From Chloroflexota bacterium (GTDB lineage: Bacteria; Chloroflexota; Limnocylindria; Limnocylindrales; CSP1-4): DNA of 64,000 bases. Location: positions 80,418-144,417 of the forward strand of contig SCUO01000100.1 in NCBI GenBank assembly GCA_004297395.1. The letters are read 5' to 3'. Below, piece after piece: positions 9,511 to 18,992 of this stretch (positions within the stretch are counted from its first letter, which is position 1; every line of letters starts with the position of its first letter). Under the pieces are notes generated by a model. That model was not told where the DNA came from and did no database searches. It saw only the letters and a program-made list of their open reading frames with translations. The position numbers and the translations under genes are program-made.

Positions 9511-10935
9511 TCAGCCGGGGCCGAGGCGCTCCCGCGCCGACGCCAGCGCCGCCCGAACCCGGACCGGCGCCGTCCCACCCACCACGTCCATCGCCGCGAT
9601 CGCCGCCTCGACCGACGCCGCCGCACGCAGCACGTGGCCAGCCCCGGCGGCGCGATCCGAGGCCAGCGCCAGGGCCGCCCCATCGTCCGTCGAACGGAGA
9701 GCGATCGCGACCTCCTCGTCGCTGACCGCGTCGAGTCGCACGCCCCGTGCCTCCGCCGCGGCCACGAGCGCGCCGACGACCTGGTGGGCACTCCGGAAGG
9801 CGACGCCGCGCCCGACGAGCGCATCGGCAACGGCGGTCGCGGTGGTGAACCCCTCATCCGCGGCGGCCCGCATCCGGGCGGCATCGATCGAGAGCGTCTC
9901 GACGAGCCCGGTCAGCACGCCGAGCGACGCCTCGAAGGTCGCCACCGTCCCGAAGAGCAGTGGCTTGTCGTCCTGGAGGTCGCGCTGGTAGGCGAGCGGC
10001 AGGCCCTTGAGGATGCCGAGCATCGCGGTCAGCGCGGCGATGGACCCCGCGGCTCGCCCGCGAACGAGCTCGGCCGGATCGGGGTTCCGCTTGTTCGGCA
10101 TCATCGAGCTGCCGGTCGAGAAGGCGTCGGCGACCCGGACGAACCCGAACGCCGGGTTCGACCACCAGGTGATCTCCTCGGCCAGCCGCGACAAGTGGAC
10201 CATCGACAGGGCGGCGGCGGCCAGGACCTCAACGACGAAGTCCCGGTCCGAGACGGCGTCCATCGAGTTGGCGGTCGGCCCATCGAAGCCGAGCTCGCGC
10301 GCGCTCGCCTCGCGATCGAGGGCGTAGCCGGCGCCGGCGAGCGCACCCGAGCCGAGGGGCGAGACGTTGAGGCGGCGCCGTGCATCCGCCAGGCGACCCC
10401 GGTCTCGCTCGAGCATCTCGACGTACGCGAGGAGATGGTGGGCCAGGAGGACCGGCTGGGCCGGCTGGATGTGGGTGGTGCCCGGCAGAACCGTCTCGAT
10501 CTCGCGCTCGGCGAGCCCTACGAGGGCCCGCTCGAAGCCGATGATCGCCTCGACGAGCCGGTCGATCGCCCGGCGTGTCCAGAGCCGCAGGTCGGTGGCG
10601 ACCTGGTCGTTCCGCGAGCGCCCGGTGTGGAGCTTCCGGGCCACCGGCCCGATCCGAGCTTCGAGAGCCGCCTCGAGGTTCATGTGGACGTCCTCGAGGG
10701 CCGGGTCCCAGGCGACGTCGCCGGCCTCGACCTCGACGGCCAGCCCCCGCAACCCCTCGATGAGCCCGTCCACCTCGGCCGGCTCGAGGATGCCGGCCCG
10801 GCCGAGCCCCCGGACGTGGGCCATCGAGCCCTCGATATCGTCGGCGGCGAGCGCGGCATCGACCTCGATCGAGCGCGTGAAGTCGACCACCCGCTCGTCT
10901 GTCTGGCCGGTGAATCGTCCGCCCCAGCGCCGCAT
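9511..10935 (-). CDS. argH: argininosuccinate lyase
   Basis: WGGRF, EDVH, KLHTGRSRNDQV.TDLRL, PG.TH.Q.AQP, TGSSMMPNKRNPD, LPLAYQRDLQDDK and FR.AH..VG motifs. Confidence 0.96.
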   Translation of the reverse strand: MRRWGGRFTGQTDERVVDFTRSIEVDAALAADDIEGSMAHVRGLGRAGILEPAEVDGLIEGLRGLAVEVEAGDVAWDPALEDVHMNLEAALEARIGPVARKLHTGRSRNDQVATDLRLWTRRAIDRLVEAIIGFERALVGLAEREIETVLPGTTHIQPAQPVLLAHHLLAYVEMLERDRGRLADARRRLNVSPLGSGALAGAGYALDREASARELGFDGPTANSMDAVSDRDFVVEVLAAAALSMVHLSRLAEEITWWSNPAFGFVRVADAFSTGSSMMPNKRNPDPAELVRGRAAGSIAALTAMLGILKGLPLAYQRDLQDDKPLLFGTVATFEASLGVLTGLVETLSIDAARMRAAADEGFTTATAVADALVGRGVAFRSAHQVVGALVAAAEARGVRLDAVSDEEVAIALRSTDDGAALALASDRAAGAGHVLRAAASVEAAIAAMDVVGGTAPVRVRAALASARERLGPG

Positions 10936-12111
10936 TCAGCCCTCCTGCCGAGCCGCCATCCTAGCGGCCGCGACGGTTGACGGGATGGATCGATGGGCGA
11001 CGACCGCGCCGAAGGCCGCCAGCACCGCGGAGCCGAGGAACAGCGGGAGTGGCCCCGCGGAGCCGTAGACGACGCCGCCGATGGCGTTCGCGGCCACCGC
11101 GGCGATCCCGAATCCCACGATCTGGTACAGCGCCTGGCCGGTCGCCTGGAGCTCCGGCGGCAGGAGCACCGAGATCGTCACGACCGCCCCGATGGAGATC
11201 CCCGCGAAGGCCACGCCGCTGGCGAGCCGGCTGACGACGATGAGCGTCGGGTCGGCCAGGAAGGCCCACGAGGTCATGACCACGGCATACAGGACGATGC
11301 CACCGACGAGGACCGCCCGGATCCCGACGCGTCCGGCCAACCGCGGGATCATCGCCATCGCCGGGATCTCGGCGAGCGCCGAAATGCCGGCCGAGAGGGC
11401 GACGCCGGAGGCACCGGCACCCAGGTCGAGGAGGCGCAGGCTGAGGAAGGTGAACCCCGAGATGATCCCGACGTGGACGAGGGCGAGGCCAAGGAGCACG
11501 CCCCACAGGCGAGGCTCCCGTCGCAGCGCGACCCCGAACGTCCCGCCCCGGTGCGGCCGACCGGTGGGCGCGTCGTGGTATCGCCGTACATCGGGGACCG
11601 CCTGGATCGTCACCAGCATGCCAACCGCTCCGGCCGCCCAGAGGATCGCGGTCGGGCCATAACCGACCGCGTCATACAGCCGGCCGGCGCCGATCGAGAC
11701 GACCGCGAAGCCCAGGCTTGCCAGGAGCCGAACGCGGGCGTACGCGCGCGGCGAGCCGGCGAGCGCGTTGACCGCCAACGCGTCGGACAGCGGCGAGAAG
11801 CTCGATTCGAAGATGACGAAGACGACGATGAGGAGGGCGACGCCGAGCGGCGGGACGTCGGCGAGGAGGCCGACGACCGCGATCGTCGAGCCGACCACGC
11901 CGATCCGGAGCGCAGCGGCTCGACCCAGGACCGCATCGCCGAGATGGCCCCAGCCGGCCACCGAGACGATGAAGGCCAGCGAGGCGGCCGCGGTGGTCAG
12001 CCCGACCTCGGCGGCGCTGAAGCCACGATCGTCGAGGATCGCCGGGATGAAGGGGTAGAAGACCCCGATGATCGCCCCGACGAGCAGGAACAGGATCCGG
12101 AGCGCCACCAT
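10936..12111 (-). CDS. MFS transporter (MFS_1-like)
   Basis: About 12 hydrophobic segments; WGHLGD, PLSDALA and YARVRLLASLGF motifs. Start at ATG 12111 (TACCAT 7 nt upstream). Confidence 0.85.
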   Translation of the reverse strand: MVALRILFLLVGAIIGVFYPFIPAILDDRGFSAAEVGLTTAAASLAFIVSVAGWGHLGDAVLGRAAALRIGVVGSTIAVVGLLADVPPLGVALLIVVFVIFESSFSPLSDALAVNALAGSPRAYARVRLLASLGFAVVSIGAGRLYDAVGYGPTAILWAAGAVGMLVTIQAVPDVRRYHDAPTGRPHRGGTFGVALRREPRLWGVLLGLALVHVGIISGFTFLSLRLLDLGAGASGVALSAGISALAEIPAMAMIPRLAGRVGIRAVLVGGIVLYAVVMTSWAFLADPTLIVVSRLASGVAFAGISIGAVVTISVLLPPELQATGQALYQIVGFGIAAVAANAIGGVVYGSAGPLPLFLGSAVLAAFGAVVAHRSIPSTVAAARMAARQEG

Positions 12112-12188
12112 CCCGCGCATGGTACCGGCGGGCAGGCCGGCGGCGCGGTTTGGCCCAACTGGATAGGCCAATCACCTATCATGCGCGG

Positions 12189-13124
12189 ATGTCGTCCCCC
12201 GCCGCCCGCCTCAACTGGGTCCTCTTCTTCGTGCTCGGGTTGATGTGGGGCACGTCCTACCTGTTCATCAAGATCGGCATCGAGACGATCCCGACGTTTA
12301 CCCTCGTGGCCTACCGGCTGGGCATCGGGCTCGCCTTCCTGGCCGTCGTCGTGGCCGTCGCCCGCGAGCAGTTGCCGCGCGACCCGAAGATCTACGGCCA
12401 CCTGCTCGTCATGTCGGTCGTCAACATCGCCCTGCCCTTCGCCCTCATCACGAGCGCGGAGCAGTCGGTCGATTCGGCCCTGGCGGCGATCCTCAACGGC
12501 GCCGTGCCGCTATTCGTCATCGTCATCGCGGCCCTCTTCCTCCATGACGAGCCGATCACCGTCAATCGACTAGTGGGCCTGGCCGTGGGCTATGCGGGCG
12601 TGGTCCTTCTGGTCACCAGGAGCCTCGGGGCGAGCGGGGTCGAGAGCTCCGTCGGCGGCGAGCTCGCGCTCCTCGGCTCGACGCTCTCGTACGGCGTCGG
12701 CGCGGTCTACGCGCGCCGGAACGTGCGGGGCCTGCGCCCGATGATTCCGGCCCTGTTCCAGGTCGGCTTCGCGTTCGTCATCGTCAGCGCCATCGCACTG
12801 GTGACCGAGAAGCCGTTCGAGGTCGAGTGGACGGACCGGTCACTGTTCGCGATCGTGTGGCTCGGGCTGCTGGGCTCGGGCGCCGCGTACCTCGTGTTCT
12901 TCCGGCTCCTCCAGTCGTGGGGCGCCACCCGGACCTCGCTCGTGGCCTACCTCCTGCCGATCGTCGGGATCGTCGCCGGGGCCCTCGTCCTGGACGAGGT
13001 CGTGGATGCCGGCGTGCTCGCGGGCACCGCCCTGATCATCGGCGGCGTCGCGCTCGTCAACAGCAAGTTCGGCCAGCGCCGGCTCTACGGCCGGACACCA
13101 CCCCCGGCGGCCAGGGCGGGTTGA
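12189..13124 (+). CDS. EamA/DMT family transporter
   Basis: LGLMWGTSYLFIKI, ALPF.LI..AEQ.VDS.LAAILN...PLF and YLLPIVG...G.L.L.E; about 10 TM segments. Confidence 0.9.
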   Translation: MSSPAARLNWVLFFVLGLMWGTSYLFIKIGIETIPTFTLVAYRLGIGLAFLAVVVAVAREQLPRDPKIYGHLLVMSVVNIALPFALITSAEQSVDSALAAILNGAVPLFVIVIAALFLHDEPITVNRLVGLAVGYAGVVLLVTRSLGASGVESSVGGELALLGSTLSYGVGAVYARRNVRGLRPMIPALFQVGFAFVIVSAIALVTEKPFEVEWTDRSLFAIVWLGLLGSGAAYLVFFRLLQSWGATRTSLVAYLLPIVGIVAGALVLDEVVDAGVLAGTALIIGGVALVNSKFGQRRLYGRTPPPAARAG

Positions 13125-13233
13125 TCAGTCGCGGCTGGACGGCGCGGCGCCGCTGCGCGAATTCATGACCAATGTCTCTATCGCGGTCCCGCCGCGGCGC
13201 CGACGATCCCGCTGATCGTCGCTGGAGGGGCCG

Positions 13234-14640
13234 GTGGTCACCGGACGGATCGACTTCGAGGGGGATGGCCAGATCGAGGGTGCCGCCCTCGTGGACGGCT
13301 CGCGCGTTGCCGTCATCGGCGGCGGTCCGGCGGGCGCGCTGTTCACATACTTCCTGCTCGACATGGCGGACCGCGTCGACCTGAAGATCGACGTCGACAT
13401 CTACGAGCCGCGCCTGTTCGCGGAGCCGGGCCCCATCGGCTGCAACATGTGCGGCGGGATCATCTCCGAGACGCTCGTCCAGAACCTCGCCACCGACGGC
13501 GTCTTCCTGTCCACGGACGTCGTCCAGCGCGGGATCGACTCGTATGTCCTCCACACCGACGTGGGGAGCGTCCGGATCGCGACCCCGAACGACGAGATGC
13601 GGATCGCGGCCGTCCATCGCGGCGGCGGCCCCCGCGACGTCACGGAGTCGCGCTGGGAATCCTTCGATCACCATCTCCTCGAGAACGCCGTCGAGCGTGG
13701 CGCGAACGTGATTCACGCGCGAGTCGACGAGATCGGTCGCATCGACGGGCGCCCGACGATCAAGGTTCACGGCGGCGAGCCGCGGGCCTACGACCTGGCG
13801 GTCATCGCCACGGGCGTCAACACCTCGCTCCTGAAGTCGCTCGAGGGCCTGGGCATCGGCTACCTCCGGCCGAAGCTCACCAAGACCTTGATCCGCGAGT
13901 ACCTGGTCGGCGCAGACGAGATCGGGCGGTCGCTCGGGACCTCGATGCACGTCTTCCTCCTCGACCTGCCGCGCCTGGAGTTCGCGGCGGTCATCCCCAA
14001 GGGCGACTACGTGACGATGTGCCTCCTCGGCGAGGACATCGACAACGCCCTCGCGGAGACGTTCGCGGCGGCGCCCCAGGTCCGGGCGATCATGCCGCCG
14101 GGCTGGGACCCGGCCGCTCGGTCCTGCCAGTGCCTGCCCCACATCAACGTCCACGGCGTCGACAAGCCGTTCGCCGAGCGGGTCGTGTTCATCGGCGACA
14201 GCGGCGTGACCCGCCTCTACAAGGACGGGATCGGCGCGGCCTACCGAACGGCCAAGGCGGCGGCGAGAACGGCGATCTTCGAGGGCGTCTCCGAGGGGGC
14301 CTTCCGGGACCACTTCCTGCCCGTCTGTCGAGCGATCCAGGGTGACAACCGGATCGGGGCCTACGCCTTCGTCCTGACCCGGGTCGCGCAGCGGTTCCGG
14401 ATCCTGCGCCGGGCGATCCTCGCGATCGCCAGGGACGAACAGCGGCCCGGCCGCCGGCCTCGCCTCAGCGGCGTGCTGTGGGACATCTTCTCGGGCAGCG
14501 CTCCGTACGGCGACATCTTCCGCCGGATGGTCGATCCGGTCCTCGCCGTCCGCGGGATCATGGCCCTCCCGGGCGTGCTCGTCGCGACCGTGCGCGGGCC
14601 CGCCGCGGCGGTCGCCGCCAACCCGAATCCCAGGAGGTGA
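13234..14640 (+). CDS. FAD-dependent oxidoreductase (geranylgeranyl reductase/FixC-like superfamily)
   Basis: Rossmann VAVIGGGPAG, CNMCGG, FDHHLL..A...GA, IATG, AVIPKGD and FIGDSG motifs. Confidence 0.75.
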   Translation: MVTGRIDFEGDGQIEGAALVDGSRVAVIGGGPAGALFTYFLLDMADRVDLKIDVDIYEPRLFAEPGPIGCNMCGGIISETLVQNLATDGVFLSTDVVQRGIDSYVLHTDVGSVRIATPNDEMRIAAVHRGGGPRDVTESRWESFDHHLLENAVERGANVIHARVDEIGRIDGRPTIKVHGGEPRAYDLAVIATGVNTSLLKSLEGLGIGYLRPKLTKTLIREYLVGADEIGRSLGTSMHVFLLDLPRLEFAAVIPKGDYVTMCLLGEDIDNALAETFAAAPQVRAIMPPGWDPAARSCQCLPHINVHGVDKPFAERVVFIGDSGVTRLYKDGIGAAYRTAKAAARTAIFEGVSEGAFRDHFLPVCRAIQGDNRIGAYAFVLTRVAQRFRILRRAILAIARDEQRPGRRPRLSGVLWDIFSGSAPYGDIFRRMVDPVLAVRGIMALPGVLVATVRGPAAAVAANPNPRR

Positions 14641-14644
14641 CGGC

Positions 14645-15052
14645 ATGAGCTCGGCGGCGCTCGGGCGCTTCTACGAGGACGGCGAGGTCGTCGTCCACCA
14701 GGGCGACGTGGGCGATTCCCTGTTCGTCGTCCAGGACGGTCTGGTCGAGATCCTCGTCGAGGAGGACGGCTCCGAGGTCGTGCTCCGGACGGCGGGGCGG
14801 AACGAGGTCCTCGGCGAGATGGCGATCTTCGAGCACCTGCCCCGATCCGCCACGATCAGGGCCAGGGGCCGGGCGAGGATCCTGACCCTCGACAAGCGGA
14901 ACTTCCTGCGCCGGATCAACGAGGATCCATCGCTGGCCTTCCGCATGATCGAGACGATGTCGCACCGGGTCCGGGAGCTGAGCCACGAGGTCGTGGAGCT
15001 CCAGGCCGCCCTCGCCGGGCACGGATCGCCGGCCGAGGTCGTCGAGCACTGA
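14645..15052 (+). CDS. stand-alone cyclic-nucleotide-binding domain protein
   Basis: YEDGEVVVHQGDVGDSLFVVQDGLVEI, GEMAIF...PRSATIRA, C-helix FRMIETMSHRVR; no HTH domain. Confidence 0.9.
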   Translation: MSSAALGRFYEDGEVVVHQGDVGDSLFVVQDGLVEILVEEDGSEVVLRTAGRNEVLGEMAIFEHLPRSATIRARGRARILTLDKRNFLRRINEDPSLAFRMIETMSHRVRELSHEVVELQAALAGHGSPAEVVEH

Positions 15053-15173
15053 GACCCGCTTCCCAGGCGGGCGCGGTGGGTGCGGCGGGCTCGCAGGTGG
15101 GCGGGTCGGCGGGCTGGCCACGCCACCGGGGGTGCTAGATCGTCGGTGCCACTCAGGACCGCAGGATCGTGAT

Positions 15174-15244
15174 GAATGAGCACGCCAAGTGTCGAGATCG
15201 TGCGGGACAACGTAGGAACTCGGTGCCGGCCACGCTCATTCGTG
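15174..15244. repeat. dispersed palindromic element, copy 2
   Basis: GAATGAGCACG (15174-15184) ... CACGCTCATTCGTG (15231-15244), with internal TCGTGC(A/G)GGAC shared with copy 1. Confidence 0.6.
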
Positions 15245-15267
15245 GCGACGATGCGTTCCTGGGTGGC

Positions 15268-15339
15268 GGGCGTGCCACGCCACCGGGGCGACGGGCGTGC
15301 CACGCCACCGAGTCGACGGGCGCGCCACGCCACCCGGGG
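15268..15339 (+). repeat. 25-nt tandem repeat, about 3 units
   Basis: GGGCG(T/C)GCCACGCCACC units start at 15268, 15293 and 15318; a related copy lies at 15111-15132. Confidence 0.7.
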
Positions 15340-15364
15340 TTGGCGCCTTGTCGGCGCAGCGAGG

Positions 15365-16261
15365 CTAGGGCGAGACGGCCAGCAGCGCGGCTCCGAGCAC
15401 CACCAGCACCGCGGCGCCGATCCGGGCCACCGCCCCGCGCCGGCCGCTCGATTCGCCGAGGCGGATCGCGCCCCAGCCCGCCGCGAGGACGATCCCTGAT
15501 TCGCGCAGCGGCGCCACCGCGGCCAGCGGGGCGAGCGAATAGGCGAACAGGACCAGCAGGTAGGCGCCGAGGGACAGGACGCCGGCGGCGCCATCCCGCC
15601 AGGCGGAGGTCGGGCGGCCAACCGGTGCCGGCGTGGAGATGCGGCCGGTCCGCCGGCCGAAGAAGACGGTCGCGGCGAGGATCGTCGTCGCGAACACCGC
15701 CAGCGCCGCACCGTAGAGCCACGGCGCCATGATCCGGACGCCCAGCCGGTCCACGGCCGAGTAGGCCGCGATCGAGGCGCCCGTCGCCAGGGCGAACCCG
15801 ATCGCCGCACGGTGCTCGCGGCCGGCGGCCTGGAACGCCCGCCACGGCCGGGCAACGAGGAGGATCCCGATGACCAGGCAACCAACTCCGATGGAGGCAC
15901 CCACGCCCAGTCGCTCCCCGAGGAGCACGACCCCGATGCCGATCGCGAGCAGCGGCGCCGTCCCGCGGGCGATCGGGTAGACGAGCGACAGGTCACCCCT
16001 GGAATACGCCGCCGAGAGACACACGAAGTAGGCCGTCTCGAGGACACCCGAGCCCAGGGCCAGGCCCAGGCCGGCCGGCTCCAGTGGCGGACGACCGTTG
16101 ACGAGCCAGGCGACCACGGCGAGCGGCACCAGGACCGCGGTCCCGATGGCCTGGAGGCGGACCGCCGTCCGGAGCGGATCGCCGGACGTCTTGAGGAGGA
16201 CGTTCCAGCCGGCGTGGAGGACGGCCGCGACGAGGACCAGGACGAGGGCGAGGAGCGACAC
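15365..16261 (-). CDS. EamA/DMT family transporter
   Basis: AAVLHAGWN, AY..GDLSLVYPIARG.APL, IAAYS.VD and VAPLRE.GIV motifs. Confidence 0.9.
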   Translation of the reverse strand: MSLLALVLVLVAAVLHAGWNVLLKTSGDPLRTAVRLQAIGTAVLVPLAVVAWLVNGRPPLEPAGLGLALGSGVLETAYFVCLSAAYSRGDLSLVYPIARGTAPLLAIGIGVVLLGERLGVGASIGVGCLVIGILLVARPWRAFQAAGREHRAAIGFALATGASIAAYSAVDRLGVRIMAPWLYGAALAVFATTILAATVFFGRRTGRISTPAPVGRPTSAWRDGAAGVLSLGAYLLVLFAYSLAPLAAVAPLRESGIVLAAGWGAIRLGESSGRRGAVARIGAAVLVVLGAALLAVSP

Positions 16262-16291
16262 GCTCGGGTCGCGCTAGACCTGCGGCGTCCG

Positions 16292-16384
16292 CCGGCAGAT
16301 CACCGTCGACCGGCAGATCACCGCCCGTTGCCGGCTCACTGCCTGCTGGCGGCTTGCCGCCCGATGCCGGCTCACCGCCCGATG
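16292..16384. repeat. degenerate 18/21-nt tandem repeat, 5 units
   Basis: Units start at 16292, 16310, 16331, 16349 and 16367 (CCGGC...CACCGCCCG.TG-like); the last unit contains the permease stop codon. Confidence 0.55.
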
Positions 16385-18066
16385 TCGCGTCGGCGGATCC
16401 CGAGGGCGCACAGGACCACGCCGCCAACGGCCAGGGTCCCCAGGATGAGCAGGCCCGCCTCGTCGATGTTGCCGAGCATCGGCTGCCCGAGGTGCCGCTG
16501 CGGCGCGATGTCGAGGATGGCGTCCGGCCACTCGAGAATCGTCCCGACGAGGTTGAAGATGTAGGAACCCAGGCCGACGGCGAGCGTGACCGGCCCGGCA
16601 TGGCCCGGCCGGACCAGGCCCCCGACCGCCAGCCCGATGCCGGCAAGGGCCATGCCGTACAGCCCGAGGATGGAGATCCCGACCGCCGGTCCGGTCGGAT
16701 CGTCGCCCTGGAGCACGGTCCCCGCGGCGACTGCCAGGGCCATGACCGCGGTCGTGACGGCGATCGCGGCGAGGACCGCGGCCGCGCTCCGGAGCGCCCA
16801 GGCGAAGCGCCCGATCGGGGCCGCCAGGACCACCTCCAGGCGGCGCTCGCCCTCGTCGGACGCCCAACCGCCGACGAATGCCGCCGCGGCCAGGCCGATG
16901 ATGATGACCCCGTCCTCGAAGAACGCCAGCTGCAGGAACCCGGCCGTCGAGAGGAAGTCGGCGTCCGGGAAGAACCGGGCGATCATCTCGACCATCTGGG
17001 GGATCTTGCTGAGCTGGGCCACGAACTCGTCCGCCGAGCTGGCGAGGACGAGCCCGAAGAGGCCCAGGAATGCGCCCCAGACGAGGGCCGCCGGGAAGCG
17101 CTCCCCGAGGCCCCGCGTGAATGGGCCCCGGACCCACAGGCGGATTCGAGGTACGGGGATGCGGCTGCCGCTCGGGACGAGGAGGTCGCGCCGGGTGAAG
17201 GCCTCGATGCCGGCGACCAGCAGGCCGGCGGTGACCAGGGCGAGGGTCCCGATCGCCGGCCAATCCCAGGTGCCGGCCATCGGCCGGTGGCCGTTCGTCA
17301 GCTCGAAGTAGGACGCCCCACGAATGGCATCGAAGAGCGGCACGCTGTCGGCGTACGAGGCAACGACGAAGCTGGCGAACAGGACGACCGCGCCCACGCC
17401 CAGGGCCCCGCCGCGGCCGACGAACGGTGCCGCGGCGAAGGCCGCCGCACCGGGCAGCAGGATCATCAGGTAGAGCCAGGCCATGTGGGCGGCCACCGCC
17501 CCGACGGCGACCGCGTCGCCCGGGAGCGTGGCGAAGGCGTTCGTGGTGGCCGCGATCGCGACGCCGATGATCGCGACGGTTATCGCCAGGAGGACCAGGT
17601 ACGCCAGGACCTTCTCGACGGCCAGTCGGCGCCGGACGAGCGGCGTCGAGGCGACGACGTCCAGGCTGCCGCGAGCGAGCTCGCCGGCCAGCGTGCCGGC
17701 AAGGGCGACGATCGACCAGACGCCGTACAGAACCGGCACGAAGTTGAGCGCCCGCCACGAGATGAAGCCGCCGAGCGTCTCGATCCCGATCGCCGGGCCG
17801 AGCATGCCCTGGAAGATCGCCGGCAGGGCCTGGAGCTGGGCGGCCATCAGCTGGCGCTTGGCGGCGGTGTCGAACTCGGCCGCGATCTGGCTGCCGATGA
17901 CGATGATGATGATCGCGTACAGGAGCCCAAGGCCGATCGTGATCCGGCGAGCATCCCGAATCGACTTGCCGAACACGGACCCGAGACCCAGGAGCCGCCC
18001 GGCGATCGACGGACGCTCGAGGCCGACGTCCCCGGCGGCCCGCCCGAGCGCCCCGGTGGCGGTCAT
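16372..18066 (-). CDS. ABC-2 exporter permease with two fused membrane domains (polyether/polyketide-exporter-like)
   Basis: Two repeats of a 6-TM block with E..RG.L.VV..TPL.R and E.ERRLEVVLAAP..R motifs. Confidence 0.85.
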   Translation of the reverse strand: MTATGALGRAAGDVGLERPSIAGRLLGLGSVFGKSIRDARRITIGLGLLYAIIIIVIGSQIAAEFDTAAKRQLMAAQLQALPAIFQGMLGPAIGIETLGGFISWRALNFVPVLYGVWSIVALAGTLAGELARGSLDVVASTPLVRRRLAVEKVLAYLVLLAITVAIIGVAIAATTNAFATLPGDAVAVGAVAAHMAWLYLMILLPGAAAFAAAPFVGRGGALGVGAVVLFASFVVASYADSVPLFDAIRGASYFELTNGHRPMAGTWDWPAIGTLALVTAGLLVAGIEAFTRRDLLVPSGSRIPVPRIRLWVRGPFTRGLGERFPAALVWGAFLGLFGLVLASSADEFVAQLSKIPQMVEMIARFFPDADFLSTAGFLQLAFFEDGVIIIGLAAAAFVGGWASDEGERRLEVVLAAPIGRFAWALRSAAAVLAAIAVTTAVMALAVAAGTVLQGDDPTGPAVGISILGLYGMALAGIGLAVGGLVRPGHAGPVTLAVGLGSYIFNLVGTILEWPDAILDIAPQRHLGQPMLGNIDEAGLLILGTLAVGGVVLCALGIRRRDIGR

Positions 18067-18968
18067 ACGACCGGGCGCCCGGCCGCCGTGCCGTACTCGG
18101 CGAGAAAGACCTCCTCGAGGCTCGGCTCGCGACTCACGAAGTCGACGAGATCGCGGGCCGCGGCCAGCCGGACGACCGGCGCGACGGGCCCGGTGACGAG
18201 CATCCGCAGGGTCCGGTCCTCGACGACGAGGTTGGTGACCCCCTCGACGGCTTCGAAGGGAGCGGGATCGACGGGCTCCGCGAACCGCAGCTCGACCTCG
18301 TGCGCGGCCATCTCCCGGAGTGCCTCGACCGTGTCCAGCCGGACGATCCGGCCGTCGCGGATGATCGCCACCCGATCGCAGGTCCGCTCGACCTCGCTGA
18401 TGATGTGGGACGAGATGAAGGCGGTCCGGCCCTCGGCCCGGGCCTCGAACAGCAGCTCGTTGAAGGTCTGCTGGACGAGCGGGTCCAGGCCGGCCGTTGG
18501 CTCGTCCAGGATCAGCAGCTCGGGCCGGTGCTGGAGGGCGCAGACGAGGCCGACCTTCTGCTTGTTGCCCTTCGAGTACTCACGGAAGCGCCGCGATGGG
18601 TCCAGCCCCAGGCGTTCGACGAGCCGGCCGCTGTAGGCCCGATCGAAGCCGCCTCGCAGGTTGGCGAAGTACTCGATCGTCTCGGACCCCGTCAGGCGGT
18701 CGTACAGGGTGAACTCGCCGGGCAGGTAGCCGATTCGGCGGTGGATCGAGACCGGATCATCGGCCGCCACGATCCCGAAGACCCGGGCATTGCCGGAACT
18801 CGGCCGGATGAGGTCGAGAAGGATCCGGATCGTCGTCGTCTTGCCGGCCCCGTTCGGCCCGAGGAAGCCGAAGATCTCGCCCTCGCGAACCTCGAGGTCG
18901 ACGTCGACGATGCCGCGATGGACCCCGTACGACTTCGTCAGGCGCTCGGTCTGGATGACGGGCGGCAC
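18063..18968 (-). CDS. ABC transporter ATP-binding protein
   Basis: GPNGAGKTT, YSKGNKQK, LLILDEPT and SSH motifs. Confidence 0.95.
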   Translation of the reverse strand: MPPVIQTERLTKSYGVHRGIVDVDLEVREGEIFGFLGPNGAGKTTTIRILLDLIRPSSGNARVFGIVAADDPVSIHRRIGYLPGEFTLYDRLTGSETIEYFANLRGGFDRAYSGRLVERLGLDPSRRFREYSKGNKQKVGLVCALQHRPELLILDEPTAGLDPLVQQTFNELLFEARAEGRTAFISSHIISEVERTCDRVAIIRDGRIVRLDTVEALREMAAHEVELRFAEPVDPAPFEAVEGVTNLVVEDRTLRMLVTGPVAPVVRLAAARDLVDFVSREPSLEEVFLAEYGTAAGRPVV

Positions 18969-18992
18969 GCGACCCTCCTTCGGTTCTGAAGG

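Noticed and set aside
9511-10935. argH standing apart from other arg genes
   Set aside because: Dispersed arginine genes are common, and there is no sign of specialised use.
15268-15339. Possible mini-CRISPR array
   Set aside because: The units are contiguous with no unique 25-45 nt spacers, and there are no cas genes in the window.
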